Of a stretch of DNA of 64,000 nt, positions 9,299 to 18,426 are shown in pieces (position 1 is the first letter of the stretch; the number at the start of each line of letters is the position of its first letter). Both the position numbers and the translations under genes were made by a program. The notes under the pieces are model-generated. The model was given only the letters and a program-made list of their open reading frames with translations. It was not told the DNA's origin and made no database searches. The stretch comes from an uncultured Oscillospiraceae bacterium (GTDB taxonomy: Bacteria > Bacillota > Clostridia > Oscillospirales > Acutalibacteraceae), in NCBI GenBank assembly GCA_959601025.1, contig CAUGOD010000002.1, positions 6,173 through 70,172 of the forward strand. Direction: 5' to 3'.

Positions 9299-10264
9299 TT
9301 ACTGCTCTTTATCGGAAGGATCGCTGTCCGCCGGCGGCTCATCCGAAGCGTCGGGAGCAGGCGCTTTCTTTTTGCGGTACAGGACGAAGCCGACGATGCC
9401 GCCGACGATCGCCAGCACCACAATGGTCCCGATTACGCCGCCCAGCACATACAGCCCCGCGTTGGCGGCGGGTGCGGGTTCCGTCGGCTGGGTGGACGGC
9501 GCGGTGGTGTTCGGGTTGGTTGACTCCGACGCCTTGGCGTCGGACGTGCTGGGCGTGTCGGAGCCGGAGGGGGCGGCCGCCGTGGTCGTGGTGGGTTTCT
9601 TTGTGGTGGTGGGGGCATGCTTCATAGCCTCGGCTTCGGTGCTGAGGTCGGTCGGGTCGTCGCCCTGGAAGAAGTAAATATTATCATACCACACCGACCC
9701 GGTCCGCTGGAAGGCCTTCGGCTGATCTTCGCCGAAAATCACTGTGGAAAACCCGCTGAAATAGGCGGCGGAGAAAAAGTCGAAGGTTTCATCCTCCACC
9801 CCGACCAGATCCTCAAAGCGAATGGTGTATTCACGGGGCTCCGGAGAAGCGTAGATAAACATATGGCCGCTGACGTAGTCAAAAGAGGGGCTGCAGCGGA
9901 TGGCCATCGGGCAGGTGGCTTTTACCGTGAACTTGATGCCGTCGCAGTTGCTCGGCAGCGCTTCGCTGAAATGCTCCTGATCCGGGTAGTGGATGATGGT
10001 GGCCCAGCCGGGCTTTACGTTGAGGTTATAGTCGGTGCGCAGGGAGTTTTTCCCTTCCAGAACGCTGTTTGTGTCCAGCTCCAGGGAGACGGCGTCGCAG
10101 GCCCGCTGCGCGCCCCAATAAAGGATGAAATCGGAGGTTTCGTTATAGCTTTCGAAATCCTCCTGCATCTTGAACACGGTGGAGCTGGCGGACACATTGG
10201 CCGTCAGTCCCAGGGAGAGCAGAAGCGCGGCGAGAAGGGATACGGCTTTTTTCGCGTATTTCAT
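9299..10264 (-). CDS. type-I membrane-anchored protein with CBM-like beta-sandwich module and Thr/Pro-rich stalk
   Basis: Signal peptide MKYAKKAVSLLAALLLSLGLTANVSA and perfect AAGGAG RBS. Domain FESYNETSDF…GKNSLRTDY…IKFTVKA…VWYDNIYFF. Linker TTTKKPTTTTAAAPSGSDTPSTS…, then TM helix LYVLGGVIGTIVVLAIVGGIVGFVLY and a basic/acidic cytoplasmic tail. Confidence 0.7.
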   Translation of the reverse strand: MKYAKKAVSLLAALLLSLGLTANVSASSTVFKMQEDFESYNETSDFILYWGAQRACDAVSLELDTNSVLEGKNSLRTDYNLNVKPGWATIIHYPDQEHFSEALPSNCDGIKFTVKATCPMAIRCSPSFDYVSGHMFIYASPEPREYTIRFEDLVGVEDETFDFFSAAYFSGFSTVIFGEDQPKAFQRTGSVWYDNIYFFQGDDPTDLSTEAEAMKHAPTTTKKPTTTTAAAPSGSDTPSTSDAKASESTNPNTTAPSTQPTEPAPAANAGLYVLGGVIGTIVVLAIVGGIVGFVLYRKKKAPAPDASDEPPADSDPSDKEQ

Positions 10265-10338
10265 AATCAGGACTCCTTATTCATTATTTGAAAAGACGGG
10301 AGATTTTCCGCCGTTTTCCGGGGAAGCCGGCTGTCGTC

Positions 10339-11778
10339 TCAGCCGGTGATGGCGACGTCCTTCCAATGGTCCCGCAACGTGGCGTTCAGGGAATCAAACA
10401 GCTTGTCGACGGTGCTGCCGGGGGTGGACTGCCCGGTAAATATATTGCTGGCGATCGCATAGAGGCCCGGGTCGGTCCAGATAATGCCGGAATACTGATA
10501 GAGCTCGTATTTCTGGGCCTTGCGGGAGCGTTCCAGGAACGCGTTGTAGGAGGTTTCATCCGGAATCTTCAGCAGGTAGGTATCCTCAAATTTTTCCTCA
10601 AAGGAACGGGCGTCGCTGCGGTGGATCAGGTCGTCGATGAAAAGAAGCTGCTCCGCCTTATCCTTGTTGCAGGCGGGGATAAACCAATACCGGTAGTTCA
10701 TAGCGTAATCGGTCTGTCCGGAGGTGTTGGAGGGGCCGACCGGGAAGGTGATAATCCCGAAGTCATCCTTCATCCCGTTGGCGGAGGCCAGCGTCAGCAC
10801 CTCGTTGGTACCCAGCACAAAGGCGTATTTGCCGTCCACAAAATCGGACATGGTTTTCTGCCAGCCGCCCTCGCTGACGTTCGCCAGCTTGTCGACGTTG
10901 CACCAGCGGTACATGTATTCGAGAGCTTCGGTGGTTTTGCTGCTCTTCAGGTCCAGCTGGAACTGGTTTTTCTCATCCAGAGAAACTACGGTGCCGTCGT
11001 TGCCGTTGATGAGGGCGACCATCAGCTCATGGTTGGTCCAGGAGCCCAGGCCCCATTGGGTCACGGTGCCGTCGGGGTTGGTCTTCTTGCAGGCCTTGGC
11101 GTATTCCCCCAGCTTGTCAAAGGTCCATTCCCCTTTTTCCAGCAGGGTGTAAGGGTCCTCCAGATTGTTTTCCTGGAGGATGCGTTTATTGTAATACAGG
11201 CTGCAATAGACGCTGTAATCCTCGCCGTAGCCGAAGCCGTACTGGCCGTTATTTACATTGGAGTATTTCCGGATGTTCTGCTCGTATAGACTTTCGGTGA
11301 AATCAATGCCGAGCTTCTCGGCCGCCGGGGCAAGATCGGTCATGACGCCCGCCTTGAACCAGTCCGCGAAGTTCTCCTCCGGACACATCAGGATATCGCC
11401 GTAGGGCTTATTGGCCAGCAGGGAGGTCACCATGGCGTCGACGTAGTTGCCGCCGATCCCCTTGTCCCTGAAGGTGAAGCCATACTCCTCCTCCAGCTTT
11501 TTCAGCTGCTTGTAGCCCTCGTCCTCCGGATCGGGGTCTTCGACCTTCCAGGCGTAGACGCGGGTGACTTCCATCCCCCGCAGGCTTTCCAAAAACTCCT
11601 CCGAGACGTTTAGCTCCTTGGCGAAGCTGGAGGCGCCATCCCCACCGCCGCTGCTGTTGCCGGAGCCGCTTTGCGTACCGCCTTCCGAACAGGCCGTGAA
11701 GCCAAGCGCCAGAGCGCCTGCGAGCAACACGGCGGTGAATCTGCGTGCAAAACTTTTCATGCCTTTCTTGTCTTTCAT
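10339..11778 (-). CDS. ABC transporter substrate-binding lipoprotein (family-1 extracellular solute-binding protein, sugar type)
   Basis: Start MKDKKGMKSFARRFTAVLLAGALALGFTACSEGG (lipobox FTAC) with AGGAGG RBS. Overall SBP_bac_1-like composition. Confidence 0.85.
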   Translation of the reverse strand: MKDKKGMKSFARRFTAVLLAGALALGFTACSEGGTQSGSGNSSGGGDGASSFAKELNVSEEFLESLRGMEVTRVYAWKVEDPDPEDEGYKQLKKLEEEYGFTFRDKGIGGNYVDAMVTSLLANKPYGDILMCPEENFADWFKAGVMTDLAPAAEKLGIDFTESLYEQNIRKYSNVNNGQYGFGYGEDYSVYCSLYYNKRILQENNLEDPYTLLEKGEWTFDKLGEYAKACKKTNPDGTVTQWGLGSWTNHELMVALINGNDGTVVSLDEKNQFQLDLKSSKTTEALEYMYRWCNVDKLANVSEGGWQKTMSDFVDGKYAFVLGTNEVLTLASANGMKDDFGIITFPVGPSNTSGQTDYAMNYRYWFIPACNKDKAEQLLFIDDLIHRSDARSFEEKFEDTYLLKIPDETSYNAFLERSRKAQKYELYQYSGIIWTDPGLYAIASNIFTGQSTPGSTVDKLFDSLNATLRDHWKDVAITG

Positions 11779-11839
11779 GCTCTTTCCTCCTGTCTTGATG
11801 GCGGACGGCAAAGCCGTCCGCTTTATTTACGGGCCGCCG

Positions 11840-12805
11840 TCAGCCGACGAGTCCGCTCCGCTCAATGCTTTGTACAAAAAACCGCTGCGCCACAATGTAG
11901 AGAAGAACTAGGGGGAAGATGACCAGTACGATACCGGCGTCCTGCAGCAGGGCGCCGGTGAGGACCATCGTGTCCCCGGCGGCGGTCAGGTTGGTAAAAG
12001 GATTCAGAAGGTTTCCGAAGGTGGAGGGGATAACGTTCATGCCGCTGCACAGCACGGGGGTGTAGATTTCATCCAGCCACTGCCAGACGAAGGAGAACAG
12101 GAACACCGTCACCATCATGGAGGTGGCGCCGGGGAGGATGATCCGCACCAGCGTTTTCAGCGGGCCCGCGCCGTCCACATAGGCGGCCTCCTCCAGCTCC
12201 TTGGGCACCCCGCGGAAATACTGGCGCATGATGAAGATGTACAGGCCGTTTTTCAGTCCCGTGCAGGTGCAGCCCAGCAGCACAAAGGGCCAATAGGTAT
12301 CCAGCAGCATCAGCGGCTCGCCGGTGATCGCCCGGATGATCCCGAAAATATCGAAGCTGCGGAATTGCAGAAAGTAGGGGGCCATCAGCACGTCCGGCGG
12401 AATCAGCATCACCAGCAGCACCGCGCCGAACAGCACGCCGTTCAGACGGAACCGGAACCGGGCGAAGCCGTAGGCCACCAGCGTGCAGGAGCCGGTCTGG
12501 ATGAGGGAAACCACCGCGACCATCGCCAGGGTGTTCCACAGGGAAGAGGGAAAGCCCAGCAGGTCGGCGGCATTGCCATAATGTTCCAGGGTGAAATGCT
12601 TCGGTATGTAATTGACGCTGCTGTCGTAGATATCGGCCACGCTCATCACGCTGGAGGTGAGCTGGGTGAGCAGGGGATACAGCACCACGAAGCACAGCCC
12701 GCCGATGAACAGGCCCCGCAGAAGGGAGATCATCCCCTGGAAGGCGCGCTTTTTCAGCTTGATTTTCCGGGAAGCCGTGATGGACAGGCTCATTCGAACA
12801 ACCAT
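11840..12805 (-). CDS. carbohydrate ABC transporter permease (MalG-like)
   Basis: Six-TM permease with the EAA-like loop (…GAGPLKTLVRIILPGA…). Confidence 0.85.
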   Translation of the reverse strand: MVVRMSLSITASRKIKLKKRAFQGMISLLRGLFIGGLCFVVLYPLLTQLTSSVMSVADIYDSSVNYIPKHFTLEHYGNAADLLGFPSSLWNTLAMVAVVSLIQTGSCTLVAYGFARFRFRLNGVLFGAVLLVMLIPPDVLMAPYFLQFRSFDIFGIIRAITGEPLMLLDTYWPFVLLGCTCTGLKNGLYIFIMRQYFRGVPKELEEAAYVDGAGPLKTLVRIILPGATSMMVTVFLFSFVWQWLDEIYTPVLCSGMNVIPSTFGNLLNPFTNLTAAGDTMVLTGALLQDAGIVLVIFPLVLLYIVAQRFFVQSIERSGLVG

Positions 12806-12836
12806 TCCTTTCGTAATGTCCGCGGCGGGGTTCCCT

Positions 12837-13730
12837 TCAGCGGTCCTGATAGAAGACGAAGCGGGAAACCACGGTGTATACCACCAGCAGGATGATCCCC
12901 ATGATCGCCATATAGCTCAAGGCCATGGCGGCGCCGACGCCGAACTTGATGTTCTCAAACATCGTGCTGTGGACGGTGGAGATAACAGGGTTGCTGACGT
13001 TGGTAAAGGAGTCGATCACGCTGTACACGATGCAGACCAGAATCAGGGGGCTGACCATGGGCAGGCAGATTTTCCAGAAAACCTCCCATTTGGTCGCGCC
13101 CTCGATATAGGACGCCTCGAAGATCGAGGGGGAGATGGACTGCAGGCCCGCCAGAAAGATGACGATCGGCACGGCGGACATGGCGGTGATATCCGCGATG
13201 CGGTTGACCGTGTCCGAAATGAAGCCGACCAGCGAGGTATTCATGCTCATGCTGTTCATCAGGTTGACGATGGCCCCGGAAAGGCCCGCGCCCGCGGCGG
13301 ATTCGGTGGCGGCGGCCAGCGTTTCCATGGTATAGCCGTCGGTCAGCTTCTGCACCATGCCGGAGGATACGATGACCGGCAGGAACAGCACCACCCGGGA
13401 AAAGGATCGCCCGATGAATTTGGTATTCAGCAGGCTGGCCACAAAAAACGCGAACAGCACGCAGATCGGCACGTTGATGGCCATATCCCGCAGGGAGAAG
13501 AGCAGATCCTCCCGGTAATTGGGGTCGACCAGAAATATCTGCCGGTAATTTTCCAGCCCGACGAAATCCAGCCGGTACCCGGACTCGGTGATGGACAGGT
13601 TGCAGAAGCTGAAGGAGACCGCGCGGCAAAAGGGGATCACGACGAAGAACAGCAGCCCGATCAGGAAAGGGAGGACAAACAGCATCCCCCACCGCCGCTG
13701 GCGGCGTTCCAGGGAAATCATGCGCTTCAT
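12837..13730 (-). CDS. sugar ABC transporter permease (MalF-like)
   Basis: MKRMISLERRQRRWGMLFVLPFLIGLLFFVVIPF… Typical N-terminus of CUT1 permeases. Confidence 0.85.
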   Translation of the reverse strand: MKRMISLERRQRRWGMLFVLPFLIGLLFFVVIPFCRAVSFSFCNLSITESGYRLDFVGLENYRQIFLVDPNYREDLLFSLRDMAINVPICVLFAFFVASLLNTKFIGRSFSRVVLFLPVIVSSGMVQKLTDGYTMETLAAATESAAGAGLSGAIVNLMNSMSMNTSLVGFISDTVNRIADITAMSAVPIVIFLAGLQSISPSIFEASYIEGATKWEVFWKICLPMVSPLILVCIVYSVIDSFTNVSNPVISTVHSTMFENIKFGVGAAMALSYMAIMGIILLVVYTVVSRFVFYQDR

Positions 13731-13736
13731 ACCGGC

Positions 13737-16268
13737 TCAGCTCCTTTCGCTTATGTATTGCTGGGCCGGGATGGTGCGGCCGTCCGCCAGCGTCACATCG
13801 AAACGGTTGTAGTTGATGAGAATACGGGTTCCGCCCGCGTAGGTGGTCCGGACGACGCCCTCCGCCAGCCGTTCATGGCCGGTAATGGGCTGTCCCCAGC
13901 AGCCGTCCAGGGCTTCGGAAAGCCAGGCGTAGTCGTCGGCGATTTTCTGCTCGAGGTAGCGGTACTGGATGGCGTAGAAATCGCTGAAATCGGTGTTTCG
14001 CAGCTCTTCCGCGTTTTCGGCGCAGAGGAGGTAATAGGGGGCCGCGCCGTTTTCCAGCAGCCGGAGATAATCGTTCCGGTCGGCAAAATCCAGATTGATC
14101 CGCCCGCCGGTATACCGTACATAGCCGCTGAGCACCATGGCGGCAAAGGGAACGCTGTAGTCGGTGACGTCGTAATTGCTGGAGCTCAGCGGCAGGGACA
14201 GGAGAGAATCCGCCTGTACGGCGAAGGGGGCGATGCCGGTGGAAAGGATCAGGTTGTCGGTCGATTCCCGCAGCGCGGCAACCTGTTCCTCCAGCCGGAT
14301 CAGGGAGGTCTGCCGCTCCACCTCCCGTTTTTCGTTGTAGTCGCTGTTGACCTCCCGTCCGACGCTCCGCAGGGAAAGGCCGGTCAGTCCGGTATCCCTG
14401 AGCAGCCCGGACAGGGAAGCAAAGCCGGTCTCAATCCCCGCGGAATTCAGGATATAGGCGGGCAGCGCTTCGGCGTCGGCGCCGAAATAGGCGCGGTCGG
14501 CGGGGTAATACGCCCCCTGCTTCCGGCTGAGAAGCCGGGCGATCTGCCGGTTTCCCAGCCCGTCGAACAGCCCTTTGTCGTACGCATACTGTATTTCGGC
14601 GTCCAGCGCGTAGGAGACGCCCTTTTCCGTGAGGTAGCCGGCCAGCTCGGTCAGGCCCTTTTTTCCGCCCAGCCGGCCGGAGACCTCCGCCTTGTTGAGA
14701 TAGCCCTGCCGGTAACCGCCGTTCAGGCAGCCGCTCAGAATGATCTGGAGATTCCCTATGCCCTTGCCGAGCAGGCTGTCGACCAGCGCGCGGCCGTCCT
14801 CAAAGGAGGTGAGGATGAGCTGACGGCGGACGTTGAAACCCAGCACGTTTTTCTGGATGTCGGCTTCCCCCAGAAGGTTAACGTACAGCGGCAGGCCGCC
14901 CTCGTCATCCAGAGGGGCGCGGCCGCCCAGCAGCAGCTCCCGGTACAGCCCGGCCATCCCGTTGTAGGAGGCGTCCTCCCCGGTCAGGAAGTGGTAGGCC
15001 ACCCGGAATTCGCCGTCATAGCCTTCGGCCTGGTGGGTGACGAAATAGGAATCGGTGTTTTCCGTGGTGGACAGGGTGGCGATCTTCGCCTGCTGCAGAA
15101 CCGTGAAGGAAGCGCAGACCGAGGGAGGAACCGTATCGTCCCCGGGGGAGGCGTTCACCGTTGCCAGCGCGTCCCCGTCCTCGATCACCGCCAAATAGCC
15201 GTTGCCGTTATCCAGCGCGCAGCCGAAAATCGGAAAGATCGCCGTCTGGTCCCGGAAGGTGGTCTCGCCGGCGGCGATGGAACGGTCGGCGCCGTAGATT
15301 CCCACCGCGTACTCCTGCAGGTTGTTTTTCCCGTTGTAAAAGTTCATGATCGAGCCGGAGCCGTCCGGCAGCAGGAAATACCCGTCGGTTTCCCGGTCCG
15401 CCCGGCCGAAGTTGGGAAGGAGGCGGAGGGTTTCCAGCGGGAACTCCTCCGTCCAGGCGATTTCCTCGCAGGGAACGCGCACCCGCAGGGCGTCGCCCTC
15501 CAGCTCCAGGTAGAGGGAAACGCTGAACTGCGGCTCGGAGGCGGCGGCGAGCTCGCCGTTTTCCGCGTCGAGCGTCCGGTCCGCCTCGGTGTAGCCGGCG
15601 TTTCGCAGCGCGCTGTCCAGCTTGACTTTCACGCTCTTCTGCATGTTGGGGGTGAGGACATAGATGGGGCCGTCCTCCGCCAGCGGATATTCGGCGGCGG
15701 TCTTTTTTCGTTCCTCCCCCTCGTAATTGTTCAGGTCGATTTTGGAATACAGCTGCCGCATAAACCGCTGGTCGCCGGATTCCATCGCATCGTAAAATTT
15801 GAGGTAGCGCTCCTCGGTCAGAATAGCCGGCGCAAAGTACTGGGGTTCGATCTCCCCGAGGGAATACCGGAGCTTTACGCCGTTATCCAGCGGAATGATC
15901 TCATACTGTCCTTTTTTCACCGAATCGGTGTAGGAATTCATATACTGCGCCACACTGCCGGTCGCCATATAGGCCAGGGTAAAGGCCGCGTTATAGGAAT
16001 CCTGCTCGCCGTTTCCCGTTGTGGAGGACCAGACCCGCCCGGTCTCCTTGACCGTGACCCGGAAAGCGGTGGTATCCGGGTTTACCTCCAGCATGAGCGC
16101 GTCGGTTTCCGCCATTTTCTGAAAGTCGGGGGAAGCGACGTCGTTTTCCCTGGTTCCCTCAGCGATCAGGTCCAGCTCCCGCGGCGCCGCGGCCGTGCCC
16201 GAACAGCCGGTCAGCAGCAGGCCAGCGCAGAGCAGCAGGACCAGAGAAAGTGTCCCGAACCTTTTCAT
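13737..16268 (-). CDS. large lipoprotein (843 aa) of unknown function; paralog of 61773..>64000 (resembles proteins I recall as DUF5696, unverified)
   Basis: Start MKRFGTLSLVLLLCAGLLLTGCSG (lipobox) with RBS GGGAGAAAGG. Shares blocks with the cluster B paralog (YFLLPDGSGSIMNF vs YFLVPDGSGALIEF; FPIFG vs PVFGMKKG). Lies 25 nt downstream of the NHL/Yip1 gene. Confidence 0.7.
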   Translation of the reverse strand: MKRFGTLSLVLLLCAGLLLTGCSGTAAAPRELDLIAEGTRENDVASPDFQKMAETDALMLEVNPDTTAFRVTVKETGRVWSSTTGNGEQDSYNAAFTLAYMATGSVAQYMNSYTDSVKKGQYEIIPLDNGVKLRYSLGEIEPQYFAPAILTEERYLKFYDAMESGDQRFMRQLYSKIDLNNYEGEERKKTAAEYPLAEDGPIYVLTPNMQKSVKVKLDSALRNAGYTEADRTLDAENGELAAASEPQFSVSLYLELEGDALRVRVPCEEIAWTEEFPLETLRLLPNFGRADRETDGYFLLPDGSGSIMNFYNGKNNLQEYAVGIYGADRSIAAGETTFRDQTAIFPIFGCALDNGNGYLAVIEDGDALATVNASPGDDTVPPSVCASFTVLQQAKIATLSTTENTDSYFVTHQAEGYDGEFRVAYHFLTGEDASYNGMAGLYRELLLGGRAPLDDEGGLPLYVNLLGEADIQKNVLGFNVRRQLILTSFEDGRALVDSLLGKGIGNLQIILSGCLNGGYRQGYLNKAEVSGRLGGKKGLTELAGYLTEKGVSYALDAEIQYAYDKGLFDGLGNRQIARLLSRKQGAYYPADRAYFGADAEALPAYILNSAGIETGFASLSGLLRDTGLTGLSLRSVGREVNSDYNEKREVERQTSLIRLEEQVAALRESTDNLILSTGIAPFAVQADSLLSLPLSSSNYDVTDYSVPFAAMVLSGYVRYTGGRINLDFADRNDYLRLLENGAAPYYLLCAENAEELRNTDFSDFYAIQYRYLEQKIADDYAWLSEALDGCWGQPITGHERLAEGVVRTTYAGGTRILINYNRFDVTLADGRTIPAQQYISERS

Positions 16269-16293
16269 ACCGTCATCCTTTCTCCCGTCTTGC

Positions 16294-18426
16294 TTACAGG
16301 CGCATGGAAATTTCCGTTTGCAGGTCGCTGATGAAGGAAACAAACTGATTGGCCAGCGCAAAGGCCAGCACCGCCAAAAACAGGACGATCACCATCACCA
16401 GCAGGGTGATGAGAATGACCAGCAGGGTCTTCCCCATCGTGTAATCGTGAATCTGCCGGTTGGCGCAGATGACCAGCGCGATCGTCCAGCAGAAGGCCAG
16501 CGTCACCAGGAAGAGGAAGAAGTCGCCTTCGTCCTCCACCAGCACGTTGCTGAACAGGGTGGCGATCGGAAGAAGGATCACCAGCGGGGTCAGCGCGTAG
16601 GAGGAGGCCATAAAGATATCCCGGAAGCTCCCTTCGCCGTTCATCAGGGAGGTGACGCACCAGTTGCAGGCGCAGAACAGAAGCAGCGGGCCGGCCACCT
16701 TCATCGCTTCCAGCAGAAGGTTCACCTCGTCCGCGCTGGAGGAGCCGAAGGGGAAGCCGATGAACCGGCTGTAAACCGCCATAGCCGCGCAGGCCAGGGC
16801 GAGCAGCGTGACCGCCGCCTTCATGCTCCCCCGTTTCTCGCATTTCAGGTCCCAAAACCCGTCGAAGGGGTGGAAGATGACATACCGGGAATACCGGAGG
16901 GTACCGCGGTAGCTGTCGGCGGCGACCGGCCGAGCGGGATGGCGCTTCCGCCATCGGGAGAATACGAACCCGACCGCGCAGAGGACGACAAGCCCGGTCA
17001 TCACATAGGGGAAAACGTCCCCCATGGTTTCCATCCGGACCATTTTGAAGGCGGAAGAATAGTTGGAGCGGTCCTCCGCCAGCCGGAAATAGCGCAGGGC
17101 CTCCGAAAAGTTCTTGTTCCGGTAAGCGGCCTTTCCCAGCCCGCTGAGGGCGCTCGCGCTGTTGATATTCTGCCGGGCGATTTCCGCCCACAGCGCCGCC
17201 TCCTCATCGTACAGGCTCTGGTAGTGGCAGCGGGCGGTATCGTACAGCTTCTGCCCGTAATCACTCATGGCGTAGACCGTCAGGCTCATCTTGCCGGAAT
17301 CCAGCACATAGAACCGCCCGTCCCGGTATTCCAGGGCGGTGGGAACCTGCAGGCCGCCCTTGACGCTGCCCGGCGAGCCGAATTCAAACAGCAGCTCCCC
17401 GTCGGCGTTGTATACGAAGGCGCGGCACCGGTTGGAATCCAGCACGGCGTACATGCCGTATCCCATGGTGCACACATCCACCAGCGAGGACGCGCCGCGG
17501 TAGGAGCCGGTCGCCATCACCTTGGGGTCGCCGTACGGCTTGACCGCGCCGGTCGTCCGCAGAATATCGTTTCCCTTGGCGTTCAGCTTCCGTACAGGGC
17601 TGGCGGTTCCCGCCGAATATTCGGCGGGGGTGTAGCTGTTGCTGGTGACATAGATGAAATCGTCCTCGTCGATGTTGATATTGTTGTACTCCGTCGGGAC
17701 GAAGGAGGCCATCCGTTCGATCATCTCGTCGGTGGAGATCATCCGCAGGAAATAATCCCACGGGGTCACGGTCACGGCGTTTGCGCCGAGGCAGCCGACG
17801 AAATCGCCGTTTTTATCCATCTCGATCAGGCCCATGTTGAAGCCGGAGGAGGTGACAAAAATCCGCCCGGCCGTGTCCACCAGCACCTTGGTGGGCTTAT
17901 AGTCAAAGGTATCCGGCAGCGAGCTGGATTCCGGCGCGGCCAGAATACGGAGCAGCCGGTCTTCCCGGTCAAGCACCACGATCCGGGCGTTGTTGGTGTC
18001 CGCCACATAGATGCCGGTTTCGTGGATATAGATGCCCTGCGGCTTCTGAAAGGTGAGGGCTTCCTCCCCGTTCGAAACCGAAGCGATTTCCCGCACGAAT
18101 CTCCATTCCCGATCCACGATCACGATACGGTTGTTGTCGGTATCGACGATATAGATGTCGCCGTTTTCATCCACAAAGAGGTCGGAGGGATTCGCCAGGT
18201 TGGCCGTCCCCAGGGCGACGCCGGTCAGCACCACGTCCGCCGTCACGGCGTCCGGGGCGGCGACCACATTGCCGTCGTTGTCGTAGGTGTAGCTGTAGAA
18301 GGCCCCTTCCGCCGCGGCGGGCAGCGCAGCCGGCAGCAGGAAAAGAGCGGCGAGAAGAGAGGTAAGAGAGGTAAACAGTCCAATCAAGGGGGCTTTTCGT
18401 TTCAATCCAATTCCCTCCGCCCGCAT
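16294..18426 (-). CDS. NHL-repeat beta-propeller / TPR-like / Yip1-domain multipass membrane protein
   Basis: Signal peptide …LLAALFLLPAALPAAAEG. NHL-type repeats (DIYIVDTDNNRIVIVD, GIYVADTNNARIVVLD, GRFYVLDSGKMSLTVY). Helical region (…YFRLAEDRSNYSSAFK). C-terminal ~250 aa with 5+ TM helices typical of Yip1/DUF1282 proteins. Its ATG overlaps the upstream permease stop as TAATG (18424-18428); an alternative TTG at codon 8 has a GGAGGGA RBS. Confidence 0.75.
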   Translation of the reverse strand: MRAEGIGLKRKAPLIGLFTSLTSLLAALFLLPAALPAAAEGAFYSYTYDNDGNVVAAPDAVTADVVLTGVALGTANLANPSDLFVDENGDIYIVDTDNNRIVIVDREWRFVREIASVSNGEEALTFQKPQGIYIHETGIYVADTNNARIVVLDREDRLLRILAAPESSSLPDTFDYKPTKVLVDTAGRIFVTSSGFNMGLIEMDKNGDFVGCLGANAVTVTPWDYFLRMISTDEMIERMASFVPTEYNNINIDEDDFIYVTSNSYTPAEYSAGTASPVRKLNAKGNDILRTTGAVKPYGDPKVMATGSYRGASSLVDVCTMGYGMYAVLDSNRCRAFVYNADGELLFEFGSPGSVKGGLQVPTALEYRDGRFYVLDSGKMSLTVYAMSDYGQKLYDTARCHYQSLYDEEAALWAEIARQNINSASALSGLGKAAYRNKNFSEALRYFRLAEDRSNYSSAFKMVRMETMGDVFPYVMTGLVVLCAVGFVFSRWRKRHPARPVAADSYRGTLRYSRYVIFHPFDGFWDLKCEKRGSMKAAVTLLALACAAMAVYSRFIGFPFGSSSADEVNLLLEAMKVAGPLLLFCACNWCVTSLMNGEGSFRDIFMASSYALTPLVILLPIATLFSNVLVEDEGDFFLFLVTLAFCWTIALVICANRQIHDYTMGKTLLVILITLLVMVIVLFLAVLAFALANQFVSFISDLQTEISMRL

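Noticed and set aside
12657-16331. 1224-aa (+) ORF
   Set aside because: Antisense to two permease genes and the lipoprotein gene. Arg/Gly/Asp-rich junk translation.
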